In this document: in pieces, positions 40,249 to 54,457 of the stretch | Layout of the letters: every line of letters begins with the position of its first letter | How positions within the stretch are numbered: the stretch's first letter is position 1 | Sequence record: SRR31156797_6845 | Direction: 5' to 3' (one strand) | Length of the DNA: 64,000 bases | Made by a program: the position numbers and the translations under genes | Notes under the pieces: model-generated | What the model saw: only the letters and a program-made list of their open reading frames with translations | What the model was told of the DNA's origin: nothing | Database searches by the model: none

Positions 40249-41853
40249 ATGAAACTTGCCACAACCCAGCAAATGCGCGAACTCGACAGGAGGACCATAG
40301 AAGAACTCCAGGTACCTGGTATGGTCTTAATGGAAATAGCCGGTCGAGGCACCGTTGACTGCATGGAAAAAGCCTTCGGAAAGTTAAGGGGAAAGCACGT
40401 CGTCATCTTTGTGGGTCCGGGTAACAATGGAGGCGATGGACTTGTAATTGCGCGTACAGTCTTTAACCGCGGTGCATTTCCGTATATATTTTTCCTTGTT
40501 GACCCATACGACCTGTCTGGAGATGCGGGCCATAACTTTTTACTTATCAAACACTGGGGCATTAATTATACTATCGCAGACACAGCAGAAACCGTTCAAG
40601 CTGCTAAAATAACTATCAAAGACCTGCACAAGGAAAAGCCTATACACTCTGTAGTTGATGCTGTTTTTGGAACCGGTCTGTGCAGAAAGGTCCACGGCCA
40701 TTTCTTTGATGCACTAAGCCTTATAAATACCCTGCGCCATGACGACCAGTTCCATGTTGTATCGGCTGACATTCCATCAGGTATGCACGGTGATACAGGA
40801 AAGGTTTTAGGCTGTGCTGTCCGAGCTGACATGACCGTTACCTATGGGCTCCCCCAACCCGGACATTTTCACAATGGAGGCGATGGTATTGGTCGACTTA
40901 AAACAATTGATATTGGCATTCCTCCCTTCTTGCACGACCCGATTGGTCTAGAAGGTTCTACACTTGAGGCATTAACGCTGCCAAAAATCAGAAAAAAAGG
41001 AATTACTGAGCATAAAGGAAGTAATGGCCACCTACTCGTTCTTGCAGGATCAACTGGAAAAACAGGAGCGGCTATTTTATGTGCCCAGGCAAGCCTGCAT
41101 AGTGGTTGCGGTCTTGTCACCTTGGCCGTGCCACAAGATCTGAACCCAATATTTGAGACATCCCTTATTGAGGCGATGACCGTTCCCCTACCTGGTTCAA
41201 ACTCGGCACTTTCAATTGCCGATTATCAACAAATCACCGAACTCATTATAGATAAGAATGCTCTTGTTATCGGTCCAGGAATGGGCACGGAAGACCAGAC
41301 CATTGAGCTTGTTCTACGCCTGTACAAAGAGTGCAGTCTGCCTATCGTATTTGATGCAGACGCTATAAATATTCTGGCTGATCACCCCGAATATCTCCCC
41401 AATCCTGGCGGACCAAGAATTCTAACCCCCCACCCTGGTGAAATGGCACGGCTCATCGATACTACGGTGCCATTAATACAAGCAGACCGACTCAGCGCTG
41501 CACAATGGACAGAAAAGATAAAAACCTTCAAGCACGATCTTCCGGTTATTACCGTGCTGAAAGGGGCAGGAACCGTAGTCTCCTCTAACCAAGGGCAATG
41601 GTGCATCAACACCTCTGGCAACCCTGGCATGGGGACAGGAGGGATGGGAGATGTGCTTTCCGGTGTGATAGGGAGCCTGCTGGCACAAGGGTACAAACCA
41701 TGGGAAGCCGTTTGTATAGGCGTTTATATGCACGGAATGAGTGGTGACTTGCTTGCAAAAAAACAGCCCTACGGTTTTACGGCTTCCCAGGTTGCCTTGA
41801 TGCTTCCAAAAACTATTGGACGTATTTTACACTTGCAAACCAAATCTTCGTGA
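40249..41853 (+). CDS. nnr: Bifunctional NAD(P)H-hydrate epimerase/dehydratase
   Basis: GPGNNGGDG, DIPSG, HKGSNG, DADA, TPHPGEM, GGMGDVLSG. Confidence 0.95.
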   Translation: MKLATTQQMRELDRRTIEELQVPGMVLMEIAGRGTVDCMEKAFGKLRGKHVVIFVGPGNNGGDGLVIARTVFNRGAFPYIFFLVDPYDLSGDAGHNFLLIKHWGINYTIADTAETVQAAKITIKDLHKEKPIHSVVDAVFGTGLCRKVHGHFFDALSLINTLRHDDQFHVVSADIPSGMHGDTGKVLGCAVRADMTVTYGLPQPGHFHNGGDGIGRLKTIDIGIPPFLHDPIGLEGSTLEALTLPKIRKKGITEHKGSNGHLLVLAGSTGKTGAAILCAQASLHSGCGLVTLAVPQDLNPIFETSLIEAMTVPLPGSNSALSIADYQQITELIIDKNALVIGPGMGTEDQTIELVLRLYKECSLPIVFDADAINILADHPEYLPNPGGPRILTPHPGEMARLIDTTVPLIQADRLSAAQWTEKIKTFKHDLPVITVLKGAGTVVSSNQGQWCINTSGNPGMGTGGMGDVLSGVIGSLLAQGYKPWEAVCIGVYMHGMSGDLLAKKQPYGFTASQVALMLPKTIGRILHLQTKSS

Positions 41854-41887
41854 CAATAATCGAAACTGATCCTTCAAAGGAGAAAAG

Positions 41888-42343
41888 ATGTTAAAAGCAA
41901 AAGATATCATGAGTCCTGAGGTCATCGTTGTAAATGAATCGGATTCGGTTCGTGATCTCGCAGTAACCCTTATTACCCATAAAATTAATGGTGCTCCCGT
42001 CGTTGACGATGAGAACCAGGTAGTTGGCGTGGTAACTGAAAGTGATTTAATTTTTCAAAATAAAAAAGTCCACATTCCCACTGCGGTGGCCATTCTTGAT
42101 TCTTTTCTCTTTTTGGAACGACCTAACAAAATGGAAGCAGAAATGAAAAAAATTGCAGGCTCCCATGTTAGTGATATCTGTTCCTATGAGGTCGTCACTG
42201 TTTCCCCGGAGACACCGCTTGATGAATTGGCTACATTAATGGCGGAAAAAAAGGTTCACACCTTGCCAGTACTTGAAGGAAAAGAATTGGTGGGCGTCAT
42301 CGGCCAGACCGATATCATCCGCACAATCGCCCAAAGAAAATAA
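41888..42343 (+). CDS. CBS-domain protein
   Basis: AKDIMS, GAPVVD, VGVVTESDL, HTLPV tandem CBS pair. Confidence 0.9.
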   Translation: MLKAKDIMSPEVIVVNESDSVRDLAVTLITHKINGAPVVDDENQVVGVVTESDLIFQNKKVHIPTAVAILDSFLFLERPNKMEAEMKKIAGSHVSDICSYEVVTVSPETPLDELATLMAEKKVHTLPVLEGKELVGVIGQTDIIRTIAQRK

Positions 42344-42353
42344 TGGTTGGTTT

Positions 42354-42396
42354 TTTCCTGATTCAAAAAGGTTCCGTCCTTTTTTGAATCAGGAAA
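42354..42396. terminator. Hairpin between convergent genes (likely bidirectional terminator)
   Basis: TTTCCTGATTCAAAAAGG...CCTTTTTTGAATCAGGAAA. Confidence 0.75.
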
Positions 42397-42397
42397 T

Positions 42398-43735
42398 TTA
42401 AGACCTAATTTTGCCTTTTCCTATAGGTCCTTTTTCATCATAAAAACACCAGCAGTTACGCCCGTTCTTTTTGGCCTGATACATTGCAATATCTGCATGG
42501 CGCAGCATTGTTTCAGCGCTTTTGCAATCGTCTGGGAACACCGATATTCCGATACTTGCACCAATGTAGCAAATGTGATTATCCACCTCAATGGGTTCAT
42601 TAAGCAACTCAATGGCCTTCTGTGCAACATGACTAGCGCCCTCTGCTGTTTCCGTACTTTCCAAAAGAATGACAAATTCATCCCCTCCAAGACGGCAGAC
42701 CGAATCAGATGAGCGTAATGTGGATCTCAATCTTTGCGCTACTTGCACTAAAACAAGGTCACCGATACCATGCCCGTAAGTGTCATTGATAGGCTTAAAC
42801 CGATCAAGATCAATAAAAAGTAGACACAATAGTCGATCATACCTTTTTGCCAGGGAAATAGCTTGGGGCAAGCGTCGCCTAAAGTAATTGCGGTTAGGCA
42901 AATGTGTCAGGGTATCATGGTTTGCCATGTAGCGAATGAGTTCTGCTGCCTCCTGTCGTTCGGTGATATCCTGAAACACCAAAACACCACCACTGAGTTT
43001 ACCGCGTTGGATAATAGGGGTTGCTGAAAACTCCACAGGGAAACTGGTATCGTCACGACGAATTAAGCGCGCTTCGTCAAAGTGTACTGGATCTGCATTT
43101 TCAGCATCATGAAAAAAAGGGCAGCAATCAACATTAAAGTCATCACTGCCTGGAGTGGAAAGTTTGAAGATTGACCTATACTGGCGACCGGTGACGTCGC
43201 TTTCATCATACCCAAACATTTTCAAACCAGCTGGGTTAATATAACTGATTTTCCCTTCAGCATTAACCCCGCAAATCCCATTGGCAGCGGCATCAAGAAT
43301 CATTTCATAATTTTTAGATAACAGCTCCTGCTCAATTTTAGAACGATGGGATCCAAGAATATACCGAATACGATTTTTCAGCACCGGCCAACGGATGGGT
43401 TTTCGGATAAAATCGACGGCACCAGCACCAAAAGAGCGATCAATCGTTTCCTCATCATCAACTGCGGTAATCATCAATACCGGCGGAGGGTTGACAAACG
43501 AGGTTGCGATATTTTCACAGACCGTCGGCCCATCAATCCCAGGCATAGCAATATCGAGAATAACCATGTCATAGGTTTCCTTACCCAGACAATCAAGAGC
43601 ACCATAACCATCAACGGCTTCATCAACCTTATACTGTTCGCTTTCCAGAAATTGGCGAAGAAGAATCCGGATGACTTCATCATCATCTACAATCAAAATT
43701 CGCGGACAAATCTCAGGAAAAAATGATGCACTCAT
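42398..43735 (-). CDS. REC-PAS-GGDEF diguanylate cyclase
   Basis: ILIVDDD, LDIAMP receiver; PAS; HDTLT.LPNR, DLDRFK.INDTYGH, RSSD I-site, GGDEF. Confidence 0.93.
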   Translation of the reverse strand: MSASFFPEICPRILIVDDDEVIRILLRQFLESEQYKVDEAVDGYGALDCLGKETYDMVILDIAMPGIDGPTVCENIATSFVNPPPVLMITAVDDEETIDRSFGAGAVDFIRKPIRWPVLKNRIRYILGSHRSKIEQELLSKNYEMILDAAANGICGVNAEGKISYINPAGLKMFGYDESDVTGRQYRSIFKLSTPGSDDFNVDCCPFFHDAENADPVHFDEARLIRRDDTSFPVEFSATPIIQRGKLSGGVLVFQDITERQEAAELIRYMANHDTLTHLPNRNYFRRRLPQAISLAKRYDRLLCLLFIDLDRFKPINDTYGHGIGDLVLVQVAQRLRSTLRSSDSVCRLGGDEFVILLESTETAEGASHVAQKAIELLNEPIEVDNHICYIGASIGISVFPDDCKSAETMLRHADIAMYQAKKNGRNCWCFYDEKGPIGKGKIRS

Positions 43736-43941
43736 AGTGTAATAATTCCTATTGATGCCGATGACTGCGCTTTTGGGGAGGAAACCATTGTATCTGCTTC
43801 CAAAATGACATTTTATTTGTCAGAAAATTGCATATTACCTGTTCAACTCAAAGGTACAAAGAATCGACATTGGTGATGCACAGACACTTTTGGTCGCAGA
43901 TATATTTAACGATTAATACATTCTACGAAATGTATGGGAAG

Positions 43942-45630
43942 TTAATCAAGCTGTTCCTTAAAAAAATGTGCGACATCTTTGACAGCCGTTCGCATTTTAG
44001 GTAGTAAACGTTCTATTTGCAGCAATTGCTCATTCTTGCCTGCCCTTTCCATCAGTAAGCAGAGCCTCACAAGCTCATCTGCACCGATCTGGCTGCTGCT
44101 CCCTTTCAGGGTATGAGCAATTTTCTGAGCTCTTTTGGCATCTTGTTGCTGTACACTCTGTTCCAACTCACCAAGACGATCCTCCATGGATTTCACAAAA
44201 ACCCGTGCCACGTGATCGATATTACCAACATGGTGCCTCAGGCGTTCAAACGAAGCCTGATTAATCACAACCTGTTCATGCTCATCATCTGGTTGTTCCT
44301 CATTTTTTGCCTGCCCGTCTACTGTAAGTGATGGAATTTCCACCTCTGGCAGCCAAGTCCTTAGCACTACATATAATTTATGGAAATCGATAGGTTTTAC
44401 CAAGTAATCAACCATCCCCACATCGTAGCATCGGTCTTTGGTCTCAGGACTTGCATCAGCGGTTAAGGCAATAATGGAGGGTAACTTCCTAGTATTTTTT
44501 TCCTGATCCGGGCTAAGTATAATTTTAGTGGCCTCAAACCCGTCCATAACCGGCATTTGACAATCCATAAAAACAAGATGGTAATATCTTTCTCTACACA
44601 TCTTGACTGCGACCTCACCATTACACGCAAAAGAAATGGTGACCGTAGATGAACGAAAGATCTCTTCCATCACTATTCTGTTGGTATTATCGTCGTCAAC
44701 AATAAGTATGTTAAAAGACGTTACTTCTTTTTCCAGCGGGTAAGTTGGTCGCCAATGGGCCTTTTCTTGAGGGGGAGAAAACGGGGCAACTGCTGGTTTT
44801 TCTGCCTGGCTACTCTTGACTTCAATGTTAGATGGCGGCAGGGCGATTCTAAACCAAAAGATACTCCCACCATTGCCAGCTGATTTCACCCCGATCTCAC
44901 CTCCCATTAACCTGACGAGTTTCGCACAAATGGATAAACCAAGTCCAGTGCCCCCAAATCTTCGGGTTGAAGATGAATCGGCCTGGGTAAAGGGCTGAAA
45001 AAGAGAACCAACGAGATCGGGGGCAATTCCGATCCCTGTATCCTGAACAGTGAAACACAAGACATCTTTACCGCCAGCAACATCTTCTCTTTTTATGGTA
45101 AGAAACACACTCCCGTATTCTGTAAATTTGATACTGTTACCGAGTAAATTGACTATTATCTGCCGAAGGCGATATGCGTCACCCCGGTAACTTCGAGCTA
45201 ACTGATCATCAAGTGACAGGTGAAGGGAAAGTCCTTTCTGCTTGCCAGTAACAGCGTAAAGGGAAACCAACTCCTCTGCCAAAAGCCGGATATCAAACCT
45301 ATCGATATCCAGAATCATTTTGTCCGCTTCAATTTTACTAAAATCAAGCAGGCTATTGATGAGGGATAACAGGCTCTTAGCAGAGCCTTGAATGAGTTCG
45401 GCGAAATCTCTCTGTCGAGGTTCAAGCACTGTTCCCAGCAGAAGTTTGCTCAGCCCGATAACTCCATTCATAGGCGTCCTTATCTCGTGGCTTATCATAG
45501 CGAGAAAATCTGATTTTGCCTTACTTGCACTGTCTGCCTGCCTGGCTTGTTTTACCAGCAGTGCATTTTGTTGCTTGAGACGACTCACCTCTGATTCAAG
45601 GTAGGCAATCTGTTCGGCCTGATCTTTCAT
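43942..45630 (-). CDS. Hybrid histidine kinase HisKA-HATPase-REC-HPt without obvious sensor
   Basis: [50 protein letters not shown] 45630 directly after upstream stop. Confidence 0.9.
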   Translation of the reverse strand: MKDQAEQIAYLESEVSRLKQQNALLVKQARQADSASKAKSDFLAMISHEIRTPMNGVIGLSKLLLGTVLEPRQRDFAELIQGSAKSLLSLINSLLDFSKIEADKMILDIDRFDIRLLAEELVSLYAVTGKQKGLSLHLSLDDQLARSYRGDAYRLRQIIVNLLGNSIKFTEYGSVFLTIKREDVAGGKDVLCFTVQDTGIGIAPDLVGSLFQPFTQADSSSTRRFGGTGLGLSICAKLVRLMGGEIGVKSAGNGGSIFWFRIALPPSNIEVKSSQAEKPAVAPFSPPQEKAHWRPTYPLEKEVTSFNILIVDDDNTNRIVMEEIFRSSTVTISFACNGEVAVKMCRERYYHLVFMDCQMPVMDGFEATKIILSPDQEKNTRKLPSIIALTADASPETKDRCYDVGMVDYLVKPIDFHKLYVVLRTWLPEVEIPSLTVDGQAKNEEQPDDEHEQVVINQASFERLRHHVGNIDHVARVFVKSMEDRLGELEQSVQQQDAKRAQKIAHTLKGSSSQIGADELVRLCLLMERAGKNEQLLQIERLLPKMRTAVKDVAHFFKEQLD

Positions 45631-45631
45631 G

Positions 45632-48600
45632 TCATGTAAAAAGAGAAAGTTGTCGTTGATGGCTGGCCTTCTTTTTCCGAGGCTTCTCATCGCCCTTTAT
45701 TTTCGTAAAAGAGGAGGTTGGTATTTCACTAATAAACTGCGACGGTTTGATGGCTTCTATCTTTTGTCCATAGAGAGTTCTTGATCGAACATAGGAGCAA
45801 TAAAGAATATCGATTGCACGGGTCATGGCAACATAAAACAGCCGTCGTTCTTCTTCAATATGGTCTGTCAGCGCGGCGTCTGCCAGTGCTTCTCTAGGGT
45901 GCAGAGGAATGAGCCCTTGTTCAGCACCAGCAATAAAAACGATTTTATACTCCAATCCTTTTGCAGCATGCATTGTCGAAAGAGTCACACATTCGGCCAT
46001 ATCATTATAAATAATCGAATCACTATAACGCAACAAATACTGACCGAAATCGTGCATCGACCCGCTGTAATTAAGCGATAAATTCTGTAATCTTTGTATA
46101 TCACTCTTCTCTTGATCCACCTTATAATGCAGGGCAAGACGGTCAATCACAGCTACTAACGACTCGGTAGAGTTAACAAACTGTTCCAATTGGGAAAAAA
46201 ATAATTGAAAGGCGTACACCTTAGACCGTGTTTTTCCCAGCCCAATTGCCGCGGGGTCCAGCTCCAGTAAAGTAATGGTGTCCTGATTGTCTCTAAACAG
46301 GTGGGGCCGTAAACTATTAACCATGTTTTCGCCGACCCCTTTCTCCTGACCAAACAAAAAAAGCTGCTGTTCAATATCAGCCAGGCCAGCCAAAAGTAAT
46401 AACGCCCAATAAAGCGGCCTCATTTCAGATCGAGTATAAAAGGCCTTAAGGTCAACTGTTTGAAAAGGGATACCATATTTTGCCATGGTTTTACTGACAA
46501 CCTGCATCTGGTGTGATGTCCTAAACAGGATCCCAATATCCTGCAGAGAATACGTTCTTTCTTCCAGCGTCCCAATTTTCTCAATTTCCCGATGGGATGT
46601 CCCGCCTATCAAAACTTCAATCTGTTCAATGATCCAAAGCGCCTCCTGAGCAGGAGTCGTGCAAGATTGCAGATGCAAGTACCCGGTACTTACAGATACT
46701 GCCCGCATGGGAATAATAAGTGTCCTATCCCTGTTATTGCCAATAACCTGCTCAGCGGCCTCCATAATATGAATACTGTTACGATAATTTTGTACTAGTT
46801 GATGACAACTGGCCCGATGAAAATCAATAAAGCGTTGAAACCAAGAGGAATCAGCTCCACGAAAACCATAGATCGCCTGATCCGGATCACCGATGATAAA
46901 AACCGGAGAGGATTCTGCTAAAGAACAGACCAAGTCATACTGGTCCAGGTTTATATCCTGAAACTCATCCACAAACAGATGCCCGGTCTGGGTACGCATT
47001 TCTTTACCGGCCGCACCTCCCGCCCTAAGCGTATCCAAAGCAAAAGGGATGATGGTATCAAGATCTATAGAATTATTTGCTTGCAGATACCCTAGATACT
47101 CTTCCTTTTGAGTTGAATAGGAAGGTTTTGATATAATCTCTTGAGAGAGCTTTTGCAGTTTGTGCGTCTCAACATCGGGATAAAGAGTCTGCAATATCTG
47201 GTGTCGTTTTCTCGGACCAACAGGTTGCAGAGACGGATTATATCTGCGAAGCCAATAAAGGCAGTACCCATGAAAAGTATGCACTTGCAGCGACTCTCCA
47301 CAGGGCCCGATGGTTTGTTCTATTCGTTCCCTCACCTCGTCTGCTGCTTTATTCGTAAATGAAATAACTGTGCATGGCTGGTGAGCTTCTTTAACAACTT
47401 TTGCTACCCGTTGCACCAATGCATGGGTTTTCCCTGTTCCTGGTCCAGCCTTGACAACCACTATCGAAGCGGCATCATCAACCACTGCCTGCTGCTCATG
47501 GTTGAGCTTTTGCATCTTTTTTTTTACGATCTTAGCGGCAGTTGGGGAGGGAGGGATTTCTGCTTGAACCTTCTTTATTCTCTTTTTTGTACGCACTAGC
47601 GGCGCAAACATATTAAGTTGACCAGCAATTTTGTCACGCTCTCCTTCTGCGAAAACTTTTATAACGCCGAATTCCCCATCATACCCTGGAGTCCTGATTA
47701 CTTCGTTTTCCCTGATCCGGCGAACAGCTTCTCCGATAAGTGGAGTGGATTTACGCTCAATATCCTCAATAGGGACATCGAGTAAGAGAGAAAATTCCGA
47801 TTCAAAAAGCGATATTAACTTAGCATAGGCTGCTGCAACTTTTTTGGTGGCAGGCCCAACTCCTAGCAGTTCACCTAGTACTTCTTGCAGTGGGATAGAA
47901 CTGTGCACAGCGGGGTCATGGTCATTGTATTGCGGTTTCTCGCGATCTGCCAAATCCATTACCCTGCTCAACACCCCTACAGTGAGCGGCCTGTTGCACA
48001 CTGGACAACGACTATTATTATCCTTGGTTTCCCAAGGTTCAAAACAGATGCTGCATTTACGATGTCCGTCGCAGTGATATTTCCCCTCTTCAGGATAAAA
48101 TTCAACAGTAGACTCAAAAACCTTTCGGCCCCTTTCATCAACTGGATTTTTAATCGCTTCCCGCAGAGAGTAATAATCAAAAACAGTGGAAAAAATATTG
48201 GCCTCTCTACCTAACTTTCCAGGTGAATGACAGTCTGAATTAGAAATAAGAGTATATCGGTCAAGGGCTGAAATCCTCCTGTTCATTTCCGGGTCAGAAG
48301 AGAGGCCTGTTTCAAGAGCAAAAATGTGAGGAGTAAGCTCCTCAAAACATTCCTCAATTCTGTCAAACCCTGATTTAGATCCAAAAAGAGAAAACCATGG
48401 GGTCCACACATGGGCTGGCACTAAAAATCCCTGCGGAGCCTGCTCAAGAACAATCTCCAATAAATTTTTAGCATCTAGCCCTAATATGGGGCGACCATCG
48501 GAGTGGAGATTACCTATATCGCCAAGGGTACGATTAATGCGACGAACACTTTCCAAGTCTGGTGCATACAAAAGATTATGATTTTTGCGCACCTTGTCAT

Positions 48601-48925
48601 TTTTTTTGTAGATAGAGCTAATCTCAGAGCTCAGAATAAAACGAATATCGCTTAATGGGATTTGCGGACGCAGGCCTGCCGGCAAAATATTTTCAATAGC
48701 CTCGAAGCCTTGGTTTAATTTAAAAAATCCAGGTTCTGCTTCTTCCAGTTGCTCTGTAATCTGGCCAAACCATTGGGGATGGGTGAAATCACCGGTCCCA
48801 ACCACCTGAATCCCTTTTACTGCAGCCCAAGCAGCTAGTCCTGGCAGACTACTCGCTTTACTGGTTGCTCTTGAAAATAAAGAATGGATATGAAGATCAG
48901 CGATAAATTTCACGATGGGCCTCAA
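45632..48925 (-). CDS. Endonuclease Q-like PHP domain fused to UvrD-type helicase
   Basis: [39 protein letters not shown]...[51 protein letters not shown]. Confidence 0.88.
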   Translation of the reverse strand: MRPIVKFIADLHIHSLFSRATSKASSLPGLAAWAAVKGIQVVGTGDFTHPQWFGQITEQLEEAEPGFFKLNQGFEAIENILPAGLRPQIPLSDIRFILSSEISSIYKKNDKVRKNHNLLYAPDLESVRRINRTLGDIGNLHSDGRPILGLDAKNLLEIVLEQAPQGFLVPAHVWTPWFSLFGSKSGFDRIEECFEELTPHIFALETGLSSDPEMNRRISALDRYTLISNSDCHSPGKLGREANIFSTVFDYYSLREAIKNPVDERGRKVFESTVEFYPEEGKYHCDGHRKCSICFEPWETKDNNSRCPVCNRPLTVGVLSRVMDLADREKPQYNDHDPAVHSSIPLQEVLGELLGVGPATKKVAAAYAKLISLFESEFSLLLDVPIEDIERKSTPLIGEAVRRIRENEVIRTPGYDGEFGVIKVFAEGERDKIAGQLNMFAPLVRTKKRIKKVQAEIPPSPTAAKIVKKKMQKLNHEQQAVVDDAASIVVVKAGPGTGKTHALVQRVAKVVKEAHQPCTVISFTNKAADEVRERIEQTIGPCGESLQVHTFHGYCLYWLRRYNPSLQPVGPRKRHQILQTLYPDVETHKLQKLSQEIISKPSYSTQKEEYLGYLQANNSIDLDTIIPFALDTLRAGGAAGKEMRTQTGHLFVDEFQDINLDQYDLVCSLAESSPVFIIGDPDQAIYGFRGADSSWFQRFIDFHRASCHQLVQNYRNSIHIMEAAEQVIGNNRDRTLIIPMRAVSVSTGYLHLQSCTTPAQEALWIIEQIEVLIGGTSHREIEKIGTLEERTYSLQDIGILFRTSHQMQVVSKTMAKYGIPFQTVDLKAFYTRSEMRPLYWALLLLAGLADIEQQLFLFGQEKGVGENMVNSLRPHLFRDNQDTITLLELDPAAIGLGKTRSKVYAFQLFFSQLEQFVNSTESLVAVIDRLALHYKVDQEKSDIQRLQNLSLNYSGSMHDFGQYLLRYSDSIIYNDMAECVTLSTMHAAKGLEYKIVFIAGAEQGLIPLHPREALADAALTDHIEEERRLFYVAMTRAIDILYCSYVRSRTLYGQKIEAIKPSQFISEIPTSSFTKIKGDEKPRKKKASHQRQLSLFT

Positions 48926-49575
48926 CGTAAATAGAGCTTATTTTCAATGATATACCGGTAAACTGCTGGCGACATCATTGTAGGACGTTTTCCCTGTGCC
49001 AATTGTAAGCGTATTTCAGAAGATGATACCGGCCACTCAAGATCACCGAGATACTGAATGGTTTTCCCATTTTTCAGTGTCCATTTGTGGTCAGTTTCAT
49101 AACAGATATGTGGAATATGAAAGGAGTTGATGGTATCTGCAACAGTGGGCACGGCCACCTTATTCCTGCCTGCGACAATTAAATGAACCAATGCAATCAA
49201 TTCATTGGCTTTGTACCATTGCGGCAGCTCGACCAGTGAATCGGCACCGATAATGAGGTAATGTTCCACATCGCTCTGGCGCTGCTTCAATTCGTTAATT
49301 GTTCGTACGGTATAGGAAGGACCAGGATACTCATTTTCAATGAGTGAAACCCTCATATGCTCCTCTCCTTCCAGAGCAAGATTGAGCATGTCAACCCGCT
49401 GGATAAAAGAGGCAGAGGTAATTTTTTTATGGGGTGGGTGAGGAGCAGGAATAAAAAGAATGTATTGAACATCGCAACTAGCCAGTACATGCCGTGCAAC
49501 AGCGAGATGCCCGTCATGTACTGGGTCGAATGTTCCGCCAAACAGACCAACCTTCTGTTTGTTTAAAACAATCAT
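48922..49575 (-). CDS. nadD: Nicotinate-nucleotide adenylyltransferase
   Basis: FGGTFDPVHDGH, PPHK, IIGADS, VSSSEIR. Confidence 0.95.
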   Translation of the reverse strand: MIVLNKQKVGLFGGTFDPVHDGHLAVARHVLASCDVQYILFIPAPHPPHKKITSASFIQRVDMLNLALEGEEHMRVSLIENEYPGPSYTVRTINELKQRQSDVEHYLIIGADSLVELPQWYKANELIALVHLIVAGRNKVAVPTVADTINSFHIPHICYETDHKWTLKNGKTIQYLGDLEWPVSSSEIRLQLAQGKRPTMMSPAVYRYIIENKLYLR

Positions 49576-49583
49576 TGAGGCAA

Positions 49584-50849
49584 TCAGCTACGGACTTCCC
49601 CTTGACCGAAAACAATAAATTTTTGGGTAGTTAGTTCCTTAAGCCCCATTGGACCATAGGCATGAAGTTTGGTTGTTGAAATACCGATTTCTGCGCCCAG
49701 CCCGAATTGCCCACCGTCATTGAACCTGGTGGAAGCATTAACCATGACCGCAGAGGCATCCACTTCTCTCAGGAATCGCTGACTTCGCTGATAGGAACTG
49801 GTAACAATCGTTTCTGTATGCAGAGATCCATGTTCTGCTATATAGTCCATGGCCTCATCCATAGTTGAAACAATTTTCACCACCAAAATGAGATCAAGAA
49901 ATTCTTTGCCCCAATCCTCTTCTGCTGCAGGTTCAACAATATCACTTATGGCGCAGCTTTTGGCACAGCCAAGCATCTTTACCCCGGCATCTTTTAAGGC
50001 AGCAGCTAAAGCAGGTAGTATTTCTGGAGCGCATGCCTCATGAATCAGGACACCTTCAAGCGCATTACAAACTCCAGGTCGATGAGTTTTCCCGTTAATA
50101 ACAATGGAAACAGCCATTTCCTGTTTAGCATCACTGTCTATGAAAGCATGACAAACCCCTTTATAGTGTTTTAAGACCGGAATCATAGACTTTTTGGTAA
50201 CCGCCCGGATCAAACCTTCCCCTCCGCGAGGAATAACCAAGTCGATGTATTCTTCCTGCTGGAGCAGCACATCTACGCAGGTACGATCAGTGTAAGGTAA
50301 TACCTGCACTGCAGCCTGATCAACCCCGGCCTTTTGCAGGACATCCTGCATAATACCGGCAAGTGCTAAATTTGAATGGATGGCTTCAGACCCGCCACGG
50401 AGAACAACCACATTACCAGCCTTGAGGCATAAGGCTGCCGAATCGATGGTGACATTGGGACGAGATTCATAAATCATGCATATTACGCCAAGCGGAACAC
50501 GCATTCGCCCGACACTTATACCGCTTGGCCGTTTACGCATCTCCTCAATTTCGCCGACAGGGTCCTCAAGGGCAGCTATCTCATGAATCCCCTGGACCAT
50601 ATCAGCAATGACTTGCCTGGTGATGGCTAACCTGTCAAGCATTGCACTGGACAAGCCTTTAGTTCTTGCGGCTTCAAGATCTTTTTTATTTTCAACAATA
50701 ATGGCATCTTGCCTGTCTTGCAGGGCCAATGCGGTATCAAGTAATATCTGATTTTTGATGGAAGTCGGCAAAGATGCCATGCGCCGTGAGGCCGCGCGCG
50801 CTTTTCGTGCAATATCTACAATTGCTGATTCAAGCTGTACACTCTCCAT
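49584..50849 (-). CDS. proA: Glutamate-5-semialdehyde dehydrogenase
   Basis: YESRPNVT, GVCNALE, NASTRFNDG, GAEIGIST.KLHAYGPMGL. Confidence 0.97.
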   Translation of the reverse strand: MESVQLESAIVDIARKARAASRRMASLPTSIKNQILLDTALALQDRQDAIIVENKKDLEAARTKGLSSAMLDRLAITRQVIADMVQGIHEIAALEDPVGEIEEMRKRPSGISVGRMRVPLGVICMIYESRPNVTIDSAALCLKAGNVVVLRGGSEAIHSNLALAGIMQDVLQKAGVDQAAVQVLPYTDRTCVDVLLQQEEYIDLVIPRGGEGLIRAVTKKSMIPVLKHYKGVCHAFIDSDAKQEMAVSIVINGKTHRPGVCNALEGVLIHEACAPEILPALAAALKDAGVKMLGCAKSCAISDIVEPAAEEDWGKEFLDLILVVKIVSTMDEAMDYIAEHGSLHTETIVTSSYQRSQRFLREVDASAVMVNASTRFNDGGQFGLGAEIGISTTKLHAYGPMGLKELTTQKFIVFGQGEVRS

Positions 50850-51072
50850 TTCTCCTCCTTTTCAAGTGGCTTCTTTTGCCTGCTTGTTAAACAATCATAA
50901 AGCTGAATACCGTAAGCCGGTAATCTTGATTTAAAAATAATAGATACCCATACACAGGGGCAACAATTTTTTTTGCTTGTTGGGCTGGGTTACAGTTGTC
51001 CACTCCTGCCTAAGAGCGAAAAATTGGAACAGGAACTAGAGCGGGCTTTATCTAATTTTAGATATACCCGAC

Positions 51073-53254
<2,182 letters not shown>

Positions 53255-53271
53255 TCACTATCTATAAATTT

Positions 53272-53318
53272 AAAAAAAAAAGACTCGGCACCAATATCTA
53301 TATTGATGCCGAGTCTTT
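53272..53318 (-). terminator. Terminator after rpmA
   Basis: AAAGACTCGGCA...TGCCGAGTCTTT stem with long T-run on minus strand. Confidence 0.8.
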
Positions 53319-53379
53319 CAGATTCGGTATGCAACCTGGTGCTGCTCTATATAACCCTATTTAAGGGGCGATTAGTGTA

Positions 53380-53634
53380 TCAGTCTGGATACACTGAAAC
53401 GCGTTTTCTATCTTTACCAAAATTTTCGTACTTAACAGTACCATCAATTTTGGCAAAAAGTGTATAATCGCGACCACAACCTACATTTTCACCGGGATGA
53501 ATCCGGGTACCAAGCTGACGAACCAATATGCTGCCTGCCCGTACGATCTGACCACCGAAGCGTTTTACACCACGCCGTTGACCAGCACTGTCACGACCGT
53601 TCCTTGAACTACCGCCTGCTTTCTTATGTGCCAT
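53380..53634 (-). CDS. rpmA: 50S ribosomal protein L27
   Basis: [16 protein letters not shown]. Confidence 0.98.
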   Translation of the reverse strand: MAHKKAGGSSRNGRDSAGQRRGVKRFGGQIVRAGSILVRQLGTRIHPGENVGCGRDYTLFAKIDGTVKYENFGKDRKRVSVYPD

Positions 53635-53661
53635 GAGATATACTCCGAATTAGATCAACAA

Positions 53662-53973
53662 TTATGCTGAGATTTCTTCTATGGTCAGCGCTGTAAAGGG
53701 TTGACGATGGCCTCTCTTTACGCTGTATCCTTTACGTCGTTTCTTTTTAAAAATGATGACTTTTTTGTGCCGGCCCTGTTCTGCTATCTTAGCAACGACC
53801 TTAGCACCATCAACGACTGGTTGTCCTACAGTGATAGCTTCTCCATCAGCCACCAGCAGCACGTCCGCTATTTCTACGGTATCACCAATCTCACCTTCAA
53901 GTTTCTCAACGCGGAGTGTATCGCCGGCTTCCACCTGATACTGTTTTCCACCGGTTCGAACTATTGCATACAT
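53662..53973 (-). CDS. rplU: 50S ribosomal protein L21
   Basis: MYAIVRTGGKQY...GHRQPFT; ATG 53973 after AGGAG. Confidence 0.98.
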   Translation of the reverse strand: MYAIVRTGGKQYQVEAGDTLRVEKLEGEIGDTVEIADVLLVADGEAITVGQPVVDGAKVVAKIAEQGRHKKVIIFKKKRRKGYSVKRGHRQPFTALTIEEISA

Positions 53974-54218
53974 GCGACTTCTCCTCGATAACGTCAAATA
54001 AAAATTTTTTGCAGAATTTATAAATAAAACACAAACCCTAACACATGTCAACCTCAACATTGACATAATACTGAATGTTATTCATTTTTTTATAATACAC
54101 CCCAAACCAACAACGCCTTTTTCTTGTAAAGCCTATTTAAAAAAAGTATCTTTTAATTTCAGAGAAGTAATAAAAAAATACTTTTCACAGAGCACCCATT
54201 GATTATAGGAGATCAGAA

Positions 54219-54377
54219 ATGGAAAAAATGGAATGCCCTTGCGGCTATATCTATGATCCTGAAGAAGGGGATGCTGACACAGGTATCGTCGGAGGTACTG
54301 CTTTTGCTGACCTGCCCGATGACTGGGTCTGTCCCAAGTGCGGCGCAGAGAAAGAGTATTTCTATCCCGCAGACTAA
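54219..54377 (+). CDS. rub: Rubredoxin (52 aa; absent from ORF track)
   Basis: [18 protein letters not shown]...[26 protein letters not shown]. Confidence 0.95.
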   Translation: MEKMECPCGYIYDPEEGDADTGIVGGTAFADLPDDWVCPKCGAEKEYFYPAD

Positions 54378-54457
54378 CACCCTCTCGCAGGCTGAATACT
54401 CTTTGAGGCAGCCTGCGAGTCTTTACACCAAAATACAATTCTAGTTTACCCACCGCC

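Noticed and set aside
54133-54453. ORF-track ORFs 54133-54453(-) and 54199-54444(+)
   Set aside because: Shadows of the real rubredoxin gene in another frame
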